This document shows, one piece after another, positions 53,613-62,372 of a DNA stretch of 64,000 nt. Each line of letters opens with the position of its first letter. Position 1 is the first letter of the stretch. The notes beneath the pieces were generated by a model. The model was given only the letters and a program-made list of their open reading frames with translations. It ran no database searches and was not told the DNA's origin. The translations under genes and the position numbers were made by a program. This stretch comes from a bacterium (lineage in GTDB: Bacteria; Bacteroidota; Ignavibacteria; Kapaibacteriales; UBA2268), in contig JANJTB010000039.1 of assembly GCA_024711295.1 (NCBI GenBank), forward strand, positions 8,319 to 72,318, read 5' to 3'.

Positions 53613-54260
53613 CTAAGACTCCTTTTTAATAAATTCTTCTATTTCAAATAGATTGTTTAGATACGCAACATTTTTGTGTCGCATTAACAATTCAAATCCA
53701 CCCCTGGTAAACGCTTGTCCTCCAACCATTATTTGAAGGTTAGGTATCTCACTGTTTATCTTTTCAATCATGTTATCTAATGTTGGAATATTGAAAAATA
53801 TCGTTACTGAGAGTGCAAGCAAATCAGGTTTAGAGAGTTTGACGATATTTATTATATCTCGTGTAGGGGTGTTTGCACCAAGAATCATTGAATCCCAACC
53901 ATTTCGTTCAAAGACATCTGCAACCATTTTTAACCCAATCTGATGCTGTTCGTTTTCTACACATGCAAGGATAATCTTCTTACCAATACGAGAAGTTGTA
54001 TTAATTTCAAGAAATACTTTGTTAATTACTGATTCAGTAATCATAGAGGCCAAATGCTCTGTTGCAACGCTAATCTTGTTTTGCTCCCACAATAGTCCAA
54101 TTTGGTAAAGTGACTTCTTCATCACTTCTTCATATAATATAAACGGGTCAAGTTTAGCGTCAAGATAGGATTGCACGATATCCTTGCATTCAGCCCAATT
54201 GCCTGATAGCAATGCTTTCAAATATTTTTCGTAATAACTTGATATTTCTTCTTTATTCAA
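53613..54260 (-). CDS. Stand-alone cobalamin (B12)-binding domain protein with CarH-type W-x9-EH signature
   Basis: Helical cap with GLLW-EQNKISVAT-EH; Rossmann domain with E-x-H-x-x-G (EQHQIG), LGANTP, LSVT, VGGQ. Confidence 0.92.
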   Translation of the reverse strand: MNKEEISSYYEKYLKALLSGNWAECKDIVQSYLDAKLDPFILYEEVMKKSLYQIGLLWEQNKISVATEHLASMITESVINKVFLEINTTSRIGKKIILACVENEQHQIGLKMVADVFERNGWDSMILGANTPTRDIINIVKLSKPDLLALSVTIFFNIPTLDNMIEKINSEIPNLQIMVGGQAFTRGGFELLMRHKNVAYLNNLFEIEEFIKKES

Positions 54261-54423
54261 TTTCTTGTATAATTATATGTAAAAAATATTAAACAAAATT
54301 AAAGAAGAAAATTGTCAATACCAAATATTATTGCATTATAAATTCAGGTATATCTTTTTTCATGTATCATTTTGACAAATTTATCGTCTTTAGGATAGAA
54401 TTTATCGTATTAATGAGGTTTTT

Positions 54424-55215
54424 GTGTTTAAGTACAAATATATATTAGTTATCAGCATAGTAATATTAACTTTTTTTTCGAATGGGTTATACTCTCAAAC
54501 AAAAGTATTTTTCCCTGGCGAGGTTATTGAGTATGAAGTTTCGTTTATGGGTATCAAACTTGGAAATATAACTATTACATCTGAAAATGTTATTGATTTC
54601 AAAGGTAAAAAGGTTGCAAAAGCCAAAGCTGAAATGAAGTCTAATCCTGGCATACCATTTGTAAGTCTTCACGCATTTTTTGACAGTTGGATGGACACCA
54701 GACTTACTCACTCATACGAATTTGTAGGATCAACAAAAGGTGATGAAAATATATGGGAAAAAGAGACATTCTATATGGATTACGATAACAAAATGATTAC
54801 ATATGAAAAGAAAGTATCGAACGTTGTTCAGGAAACTAAGCCAATTCCATTTGATAAGAAAGTTGTTGATGGATGCGCTTTGTTCTTTTTGGCCCGACAG
54901 TTTACTGATTTGAAGAAAACAATTAAAGTACCTACTGTTATAGCAACCGGTTTGTCGTACACCAATTTAAACTTTCATGGTACAAAGTCAGAAGTAAAAA
55001 TCCCTTCTGTTAAATACCCCGTTAAAACTTTGTACTTTGACGGTAAAGCTGAATGGGAAGGTGTTTACGGATTAAAGGGATATTTCAAAGGCTGGTTTTC
55101 TGATGATGAAGCAAGAGTTCCGATCAAAGCTCAAATGAATGTATATGTCGGTAACGTTGATATTGAGTTGGTAAAATGGAAAAGGGGTTCATGGCAGCCT
55201 CCTAAGGCAAATTAA
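54424..55215 (+). CDS. DUF3108-like exported beta-rich protein
   Basis: Signal peptide; GE.IEY.VSFMGIKLG; C-terminal WFSDDEARVPIKA...VYVGNVDIEL. Confidence 0.75.
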   Translation: MFKYKYILVISIVILTFFSNGLYSQTKVFFPGEVIEYEVSFMGIKLGNITITSENVIDFKGKKVAKAKAEMKSNPGIPFVSLHAFFDSWMDTRLTHSYEFVGSTKGDENIWEKETFYMDYDNKMITYEKKVSNVVQETKPIPFDKKVVDGCALFFLARQFTDLKKTIKVPTVIATGLSYTNLNFHGTKSEVKIPSVKYPVKTLYFDGKAEWEGVYGLKGYFKGWFSDDEARVPIKAQMNVYVGNVDIELVKWKRGSWQPPKAN

Positions 55216-55610
55216 TGTTAAAAAATGAAATACTAAATATTATAATTGTTGGTACAGGCGGCTTTGTTGGTTCGGCTTTAAGATATATTACAGCAAAAGT
55301 TTTTCAACATATTAATTTAGTATTTTTACCGTACTCAACATTTACAGTCAATATTGCTGGAAGTTTGATATTGGGATTTATCAGCTTTCTGATATTAGAA
55401 TCAAGTTTTTTAAGTCCCAGATTTGGATTATTTCTTACTGTTGGTTTTTGTGGTGGTTTTACAACATTTTCTACATTCTCTTACGAAAACATGACTTTAA
55501 TACGTGATGGACTTTACTTTCACAGTTTGATTTATTCTTTGCTAAGTATTCTGGTTAGTCTGGCATTTGTATTTTTGGGTTATTATTTAGCAAAAATCAT
55601 AATGAGGTAA
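55215..55610 (+). CDS. crcB: Fluoride efflux channel CrcB/Fluc
   Basis: GGFVGSALRY, TFTVNIAGS, GFCGGFTTFSTFSYE; 4 TM. Confidence 0.97.
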   Translation: MLKNEILNIIIVGTGGFVGSALRYITAKVFQHINLVFLPYSTFTVNIAGSLILGFISFLILESSFLSPRFGLFLTVGFCGGFTTFSTFSYENMTLIRDGLYFHSLIYSLLSILVSLAFVFLGYYLAKIIMR

Positions 55611-55615
55611 ATAAT

Positions 55616-55969
55616 ATGAGTTCGATAATTGAAGCAAAGCTCTTGAGAGTTTACATCGAGGAATTAGATAAAATTCACGGTAAACCTCTCTATGAGCAAA
55701 TAGTAATGGAGGCAAAAAATAGAAATCTTGCAGGTGCCTCTGTTTTCAAGGGAATTTTATCCTATGGTTCTGCCAGTTTGATTCATTCTCAAAAAATGTT
55801 GGCTTTGTCAAGCGACATGCCAATATTGATTGAGATTATTGATGAAGTTTCAAAAATAAATGATTTTATTCCTATCCTGAATCAAATGTTCGAAAAAGCT
55901 GAGTGCGGCGGTATTATCACTCTCGAGAATCTTGAAGTGATTAAATATACTGCCGGTTCAAAAAGATAG
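55616..55969 (+). CDS. DUF190 (PII-like) protein, usual crcB partner
   Basis: LLRVYI.E.D...GKPLYE.IV, LAGASVFKGI..YG, LSSDMPI.IEIID. Confidence 0.92.
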   Translation: MSSIIEAKLLRVYIEELDKIHGKPLYEQIVMEAKNRNLAGASVFKGILSYGSASLIHSQKMLALSSDMPILIEIIDEVSKINDFIPILNQMFEKAECGGIITLENLEVIKYTAGSKR

Positions 55970-56108
55970 GGAACATAAAATATCGCTATGTTGAAAACTT
56001 CTTTTAGAATAATTGCCCGGAAAAGTATTATTTTTGTAGGGCATCTGTAACTATTTTGCTTTTTATTTGTCTATATATTAAGTATTTACAGCATAAAGTG
56101 TATTAATT

Positions 56109-57089
56109 GTGATTACAAAGAGTAAATATATTATAACAATTATAATAGCAGTAATGATGGTAACTTCATCATCTGATATCTCTTTGTCATCCGATGACTC
56201 AGAAATTCCTAAGAATAAAATTGACTTTTTCAAACCGGTAATTGACAGACTGATATCATTAAATGCTGATACTTCGTATATTTACGATTTAATAAATGAT
56301 AATGACACAGAGTTTGACGAGCGTTTTGTGAGAATAAATGTAACCGGTTATCTCAAAGCAACTGATTATTCAGGCCACTACAATGCCAAGTCAGTCAATA
56401 AAACTAAAGAATTCATAAGAAATAACTATGGAATCCTTGCATTGGCTGAATCAAAATTTGGTGTACCTAAAGAAGTAATTGCTTCTGTACTTTGGGTGGA
56501 AACCAGGCATGGCAGTTATTTAGGTAATAATCATGTGGCAAGTGTATATTTAAGTACAGCTATGTGCAACGAACCGGTTTACTTAAATATGAACATACAA
56601 AATCTGAAAGATAAATTTAATGGTTCTGAAAATGAATTAAACAATTTAATCGAGAAAATTAAACAGCGCTCAATCAAAAAATCTAATTGGGCTTTGGAAC
56701 AACTATTAGCTTTAGAAAAAATTGATAAGTTACCTTATCTTAGTTCAAATGAAATCAGAGGTTCGTGGGCAGGTGCTTTCGGTATTTCTCAGTTCATTCC
56801 TACAAGTTATGTTACCTGGGCTGTAGATGGTAATGGTGATGGTAAAATTGATTTATTTAATGTAACAGATGCTGTTTTTTCAGTTGCTAATTATCTTAAA
56901 TCAAATGGGTGGGATTTAAATGATGAGTCCAGAAGAGCTGCCGTCTTTCATTACAACAACTCTAATGCCTATGTTGATGCTGTACTGAAATTAGCTGAAT
57001 TTTCGCAAATTACCAACGATTCTTTAGATAATCAATATCTTCCCCTTAATGTAATCCAAGCCCAAAGCGGCAGTGACGAGTCAAAATAA
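56109..57089 (+). CDS. mltB: Lytic murein transglycosylase B family (SLT_2)
   Basis: FGVPKEVI..VLWVET..G, GSWAGAFG..QFIPTSY...AVDG.GDG.IDL, SVANYL..GW, YN.S..Y. Confidence 0.92.
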   Translation: MITKSKYIITIIIAVMMVTSSSDISLSSDDSEIPKNKIDFFKPVIDRLISLNADTSYIYDLINDNDTEFDERFVRINVTGYLKATDYSGHYNAKSVNKTKEFIRNNYGILALAESKFGVPKEVIASVLWVETRHGSYLGNNHVASVYLSTAMCNEPVYLNMNIQNLKDKFNGSENELNNLIEKIKQRSIKKSNWALEQLLALEKIDKLPYLSSNEIRGSWAGAFGISQFIPTSYVTWAVDGNGDGKIDLFNVTDAVFSVANYLKSNGWDLNDESRRAAVFHYNNSNAYVDAVLKLAEFSQITNDSLDNQYLPLNVIQAQSGSDESK

Positions 57090-57333
57090 TTCAATGTATT
57101 TTTTATTAATTAGTCGCCTTGTACTTCATTAATATAAAATCAATTCCTTAGATTATATTAATAATTAAAATTAAGTTTTGTTCTAATTTATTATCTAATT
57201 CATCAAATAATTGAAAAACTTGATGATGTTATTAACAAGATTTGATTAATTTTGATATACCCCTTCTTAGATATAAACTGCTTTTACTTGCATTTCTTAT
57301 ATTATGATTAGATACTTTTATTATAGATTAAAT

Positions 57334-57367
57334 AAAAAACTCCTCTGAAGAATTATTACAGAGGAGT
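57334..57367 (-). terminator. Intrinsic terminator for the minus-strand T9SS gene pair
   Basis: ACTCCTCTG-N11-CAGAGGAGT with a plus-strand A-run (U-tail on minus). Confidence 0.8.
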
Positions 57368-57392
57368 CTGTTCTATTTAGTCAACGGAAATA

Positions 57393-59573
57393 TTATTTAG
57401 TAACTACAAAAGGTAATTGAACTGATTTTCCGTTAAAGTTTATTACAAGGAAGTATGTGCCATTGGCAAATGTATTCGCATTAAGATCAAATGTGCTAAT
57501 GCCTGCATTAATTTGTGAAGTGTTTACATTTCGAACAACTCTGCCACTTATGTCCATGATATTCATGTCTAAATTACCATTTATTGAAGCATTTAATTCA
57601 ATTTTTGATAATTCATTAACAGGGCTAGGATTAATAGTTACACTTAATCCATCAATTGACGCTACGCCGTCTCTAACTGATGATGGATCGAATCCTGCAC
57701 CTGAAACAGGAACTTCAATCAATCCTTCATTAATAGGATCATTTGTCAAAATTTGAATTCTAACTGCATATTCTTTTGATTTTTCCGGAGTAAATTCAAT
57801 TTTTAAATCATGAGATTCGCCGGGTGCCAAAATTGGAATATTTTTGTCTGAACCATCAGCAAACTTAAATTGAGCAAGGTTTTCACCACCCGAGAATTTG
57901 TCAAATATTATACTCCAAACTCTAAGGTTATTACCACCTACATTAGAAATTTTAAGAGTGTATAATTTTGGTTTATTTATTTCTGCTGTTCCAAAGTCAA
58001 CACTTGTAGCTGATAATTGAATACCTGATTCAAGATTTTTACCTGCAGCACGAGCTTTGAGGTCAACATGACCATTACCCATATTATTCAAGCCATTACT
58101 TGTTACTTCAATTTTACCTGTAAAATTAGCAGCTTCTTCGTCAGAAGAAGTAAATCTAACTTTTACATAATGAGTTTGACCAGGCGGAATTGTTATAGGG
58201 GTTTTGACAATTTCAGGGAAAGTAAATCTTTTACCAGCGTCTTCTGTAAGTTTGAAAGTTTCTACGACTAAGGATACATTCCCTGCGTTTGTGATTCCGA
58301 TATTCTTTTCGGAATACAAGCCAAATGGAACTGTTCCAAAATCTACAGGTAAGGTAGTTAGGCTTAGTTTTGGACCATTAAACACTTGCTCACCACCTTG
58401 GCCTTTAAGACTCATTTCAATGTTACCATTTACACCATTTGATAGAATCGTTACATATTCTTCGTATAACCTTTCTTCTTTTGGTGAGAATTTTAAATTT
58501 AAAATATGAATGTCGCCGGGTCCTAATTCAACTGCTCCATTACCTTCAATAATTTCAAATGAGCCTTCAGGTTCGTCTCCGGCTATTTGAAATCCTGAAA
58601 TTTTGATTTTTTCTCTACCGTTATTTTGCATTACTGCAGTTTGATATCCGCTTTGATTTGGCTCAATTACTCCAAAATCAATTGCTTCATTTTCTAACTG
58701 TAAAAAACCTTCGGGGTGAGGTAAGTCTCTGATAGCCCAACGAATACCTCTTGTTAAGGAGTTTTTGTAATGAATTAAATGTGTACCTGAACAAATATCA
58801 AAATTATGAGCATAGAAAATCACTCTTGCCTTATTGTCTTCTGATCTTACACCTGATACCAATACATCAGTAATGTCCTGGTCAGCAATTTCCTTAACAT
58901 AGTCAAAAGCTTTAGCATTTTTTCCACCACTAACTTCAAACACTGGAGACATACTATACCAACGTATTGGTGCCTGAAGTCCTGAATTATTCTCTTCGAA
59001 ATATCTGTTACACTGTTTTTTGTAGCCTGCAGATACAGGGTCACCTTCAACTCCATCAGTACGGAAGCCATAAATAGTGTTGTTAATTATGTGATTAATC
59101 ACTTTAACATTTTTAATTCCAAGAGTTTGCTCAAGCCACTGCTTGCTTGCAGCATCGCCCCCTTGAGCAAATGCAGCAGGAATTACAGCATGTCCTACAA
59201 TCACAACTGATTTATTTGCTGCAATCATCTGTTTGATTTTGTCTAAAACCTTAATGCCATCAACTGATGAACCAAGGTGGTTCTGAGTACCCATGATAAA
59301 AATTGCAACATCATAGTCGGTGATATCTTTATTCATTAATGTAGCAGCGTTGAAAGGCTTTCTTTCTGCATATTTGCCGAGTATGGGGTCATCTCTTAGG
59401 TGTTCCCAATAGCATAAATCGAATAGGTTAGTAATTGTTGTGCCGTCACCGGTCTTTTGGTCTTCGAAATTATCGAAGATAATGTAGTACTTTTTTTGGC
59501 TTAATGCATTATTCGGAAGCAGTAATGTTATACCAAATATTGCAACAAGAAAAAGTAAAAATTTTGATTTCAT
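57393..59573 (-). CDS. T9SS-secreted protein: alpha/beta N-terminal domain plus three ASH (choice-of-anchor D) domains
   Basis: GGAGG SD before ATG 59573; signal peptide; three DFG...N.G Ig repeats; CTD INPSPV...ANGTYFL...PFVVTK. Confidence 0.85.
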   Translation of the reverse strand: MKSKFLLFLVAIFGITLLLPNNALSQKKYYIIFDNFEDQKTGDGTTITNLFDLCYWEHLRDDPILGKYAERKPFNAATLMNKDITDYDVAIFIMGTQNHLGSSVDGIKVLDKIKQMIAANKSVVIVGHAVIPAAFAQGGDAASKQWLEQTLGIKNVKVINHIINNTIYGFRTDGVEGDPVSAGYKKQCNRYFEENNSGLQAPIRWYSMSPVFEVSGGKNAKAFDYVKEIADQDITDVLVSGVRSEDNKARVIFYAHNFDICSGTHLIHYKNSLTRGIRWAIRDLPHPEGFLQLENEAIDFGVIEPNQSGYQTAVMQNNGREKIKISGFQIAGDEPEGSFEIIEGNGAVELGPGDIHILNLKFSPKEERLYEEYVTILSNGVNGNIEMSLKGQGGEQVFNGPKLSLTTLPVDFGTVPFGLYSEKNIGITNAGNVSLVVETFKLTEDAGKRFTFPEIVKTPITIPPGQTHYVKVRFTSSDEEAANFTGKIEVTSNGLNNMGNGHVDLKARAAGKNLESGIQLSATSVDFGTAEINKPKLYTLKISNVGGNNLRVWSIIFDKFSGGENLAQFKFADGSDKNIPILAPGESHDLKIEFTPEKSKEYAVRIQILTNDPINEGLIEVPVSGAGFDPSSVRDGVASIDGLSVTINPSPVNELSKIELNASINGNLDMNIMDISGRVVRNVNTSQINAGISTFDLNANTFANGTYFLVINFNGKSVQLPFVVTK

Positions 59574-59608
59574 TTTATCCTCCAAAAATTTAAAATCCAC
59601 TTTTTAGC

Positions 59609-59643
59609 AAAACAGCCGAAATAACCAATATTCCGGCTGTTTT
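59609..59643. terminator. Intercistronic hairpin (terminator or mRNA stabiliser)
   Basis: AAAACAGCCG...CGGCTGTTTT in the gap between the two T9SS genes. Confidence 0.6.
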
Positions 59644-59664
59644 AGATACGAAAAACAACAAAAA

Positions 59665-62010
59665 TTATTTAGCTATTACAACAGGAATTTGTGCCTGTAA
59701 GCCATTAATTTCTGCCATTACAAAATAAGTTCCGTTAGCATAGTTTGTTGAAGAGAAATTCAAACTGTATGAGCCGGTCGATAAGTTTGAATTTACTAAT
59801 TCGCTAACAACTTTACCAGAAATATCCATTACATAAATACGAACATTGCTGTTATCTGCTTTTACTTCGTAGTTAAATACTGAGTTGTCAACAACAGGGT
59901 TAGGAGTCATTGACATTGATAATGAACCATCAATTGTAGTGCCATAAGCAACACTGCCTGCAGGGTTGCCTGTGCCAGTAAGGTTAACAGTAGTAGTAGC
60001 ACCATTAGTTGCATTTGTGTTGATTTCTAATGCACCATTAAAGTTGCCGCCTGCATTTGGAGCAAATTTTACAACTATCTTGCTGTTTTGACCGGGCATA
60101 ATGATTTTAACTGAGCCACCACCGCTAACGATTGTAAAAGCGTTTTTTGCATCAATTTTGTTAATTGATAATACAGTAAGTTCCTCATCGCCGGTGTTGT
60201 TGATTGTCAATTCCATTTCTTTAGATTTATCTGTATCAACAGTACCAAAAGCTAGTGTATTTGTACTTACAGATATTTTAGGACCTTGAGCAACTGCAGA
60301 AGTAGTAACTGTAAGCTCGTCAAACCACAATGCATTTCCTGAGCTACCTGGAGTAGCGCCGACTCTAATCAGAACAGATTTTCCATTATAAGCGCTCATG
60401 TCAACTTCTACTAACTTATAGTCTGTAGATATCGGAACATAGAGGTTCTGAGGATTAGAAGGATTTCCTGTTTGTTGGCAAGTTGTTGAGTTTACATCTT
60501 TCCAAGAAGCACCCCAGTCGTCAGAAATTTGAGTTTTGATTGTTGGAGCAGTTCCACCTTGCTGACCATCTGAATAAGCATAATAGTATGATAATTTTGT
60601 TGAGCTGCTGCTAGTAAAGTCAGCTTCGCCAAACATATACCATGCAGTTTTGTTAGCAATATTCCAGCTTGAATGTAAATAGAATAAAGTTGCACCGGTT
60701 GTATTGTTTGCACCATATCTGTTAGAAGCATTACCTGGAACTACCTGAACAGCAGAATTTTGGGCAATGTCCAAAACAGTATTTGTTAAATTGGTTTCGA
60801 ACCCTGCTTTGTAGCTAGTGAATGCTTTTTCTTTGAATGCAATAAAATTGATTGTTACACCATTGTTTGAAACATCCATATCAGCTGTATTAGGTGATCC
60901 GTTGATGCTTGTGAAACCTTGAATTGCCAATGTGTTCACACCATTTGGAACAAATGAAATATCACCAAAATCAACAACAGTTTTTGCACCTGCAGCAAGT
61001 GATTGAGTCACTGTTTTAGCATTTTCAACACCATTAACAACTGCTTTAACCTGGAATTGTGATATAGCAAAACCTGAGTTGTTAGTAACCTCGATTTTAG
61101 GGTTGATGCTGGTTAATTTATATGTGTTTGGTAAAGTAGTCATATTTGTCATACCTAAGTCAACAAATTTGCTTGGGTCAAATTCAACCTTAGCACCGTG
61201 ACCAGCCCAAATGTTATTTCTTGTTTCAGAGACAAAAGCTACTACTTCAAGATTATGCATTTCTACAGGAATACCGGTAATGTTTGCAGGTAAATCTGTA
61301 ACAAATGTTTTGGTGAAAAGTGTTCCACTTTTAGTTTCAGGAATTTTTTCACCCCAAGCACCACCACCTGTGATTGCCATACGTAACATATGATTGTGTC
61401 TGTACAGTCCATTAACCCAGTTAGTAGGATTAGCGTTAGAGCCATCAATTTGTGGTCCTAAAATATTACTTTGTGTCAAGAAAATTGTGATATAGTTGTC
61501 AACACTAACATCAGCAGTATAAAAAACTTCAACTTCTGTTGTAAGTTTACGTGTATCAAAGTCAACTACAGATTTAACAGCTACGTTAACTGGTGATTGC
61601 TGAGCCATTATCTGAGCTGCTGTTTGAGCCCAGGTTCCGCGACCTTCTGCCCAGGGACTTTTTGCTCTGTTTACGCTACCGGCAGGATAACCTGTTACGC
61701 CAGCAGCTTGGTCAATTGCTGTTCCAACTTGAGTTCTGTAATCAGGTTGGTTAGCACCTGGAGTTGCAAAGCTACCGGAATGGATATTTACTAAAAATAC
61801 TTTGCCCGGGTTTGCTTTTGCTAAATCGTTAGCTCTCTTGTGGCCATCAGGACACCATGTACAATTTATGCCTGTAAACTCTTCCAAAACCACAGTTCTA
61901 TTTTGGGGAGTTGTTTTTACGTATTTTTGTGCTGACAAAAATACAGGAGATACAGCAAATACTAGAAGAGTGGCTACTAATACTCTACTGATTTGGAAAA
62001 AAGAATTCAT
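59665..62010 (-). CDS. Omp28-related T9SS-secreted protein with thioredoxin-like CxxC and ASH domain
   Basis: VVLEEFTGINCTWCPDGH, NIHSG, GYPAG.VNR, Y.HNH.LR; CTD MTPNPV...ANGTYFV...PVVIAK. Confidence 0.88.
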   Translation of the reverse strand: MNSFFQISRVLVATLLVFAVSPVFLSAQKYVKTTPQNRTVVLEEFTGINCTWCPDGHKRANDLAKANPGKVFLVNIHSGSFATPGANQPDYRTQVGTAIDQAAGVTGYPAGSVNRAKSPWAEGRGTWAQTAAQIMAQQSPVNVAVKSVVDFDTRKLTTEVEVFYTADVSVDNYITIFLTQSNILGPQIDGSNANPTNWVNGLYRHNHMLRMAITGGGAWGEKIPETKSGTLFTKTFVTDLPANITGIPVEMHNLEVVAFVSETRNNIWAGHGAKVEFDPSKFVDLGMTNMTTLPNTYKLTSINPKIEVTNNSGFAISQFQVKAVVNGVENAKTVTQSLAAGAKTVVDFGDISFVPNGVNTLAIQGFTSINGSPNTADMDVSNNGVTINFIAFKEKAFTSYKAGFETNLTNTVLDIAQNSAVQVVPGNASNRYGANNTTGATLFYLHSSWNIANKTAWYMFGEADFTSSSSTKLSYYYAYSDGQQGGTAPTIKTQISDDWGASWKDVNSTTCQQTGNPSNPQNLYVPISTDYKLVEVDMSAYNGKSVLIRVGATPGSSGNALWFDELTVTTSAVAQGPKISVSTNTLAFGTVDTDKSKEMELTINNTGDEELTVLSINKIDAKNAFTIVSGGGSVKIIMPGQNSKIVVKFAPNAGGNFNGALEINTNATNGATTTVNLTGTGNPAGSVAYGTTIDGSLSMSMTPNPVVDNSVFNYEVKADNSNVRIYVMDISGKVVSELVNSNLSTGSYSLNFSSTNYANGTYFVMAEINGLQAQIPVVIAK

Positions 62011-62372
62011 AATGACTCCAAATTTTATAAAAATATGAATATATATAGTTTAAAACAATTACAATCATAAAAAAGTTACATTTAGATGCAATTTATTTGA
62101 ATTTAATCCACGTAATTGACAATCAAAATTAACTAATTATTAACATTAACAATTTCAATTTTTAAAATTAGCATTTTTTTTTCTAATAATCAAATTTTTA
62201 TTCAAACAAAATGTGTTTTATTTATTTTTTTTCAATAAAATTAACTTTGTGCTTAACATCTTAGTTAGACTTAGTTTTATATGAATTTTTAGTCTGTCAT
62301 AAATCAATAATTTGTAACCAATTCCGTAAATATTTAATTATCATGTCTAATTATAATAATATGCTACAATTA

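Noticed and set aside
53613..54260. B12 protein as a methyltransferase corrinoid protein or MetH fragment
   Set aside because: It has ExHxxG plus W-x9-EH rather than DxHxxG, and its neighbours are signalling genes rather than methyltransferases.
54261..55215. Fluoride riboswitch upstream of crcB
   Set aside because: No match to the GGnGAUGnnGUUCnCC...GCUnAUGAC pattern was seen.
57090..57333. AT-rich gap as ncRNA, small ORF or replication origin
   Set aside because: No convincing ORF, structure or DnaA-box array seen; it lies between convergent genes.
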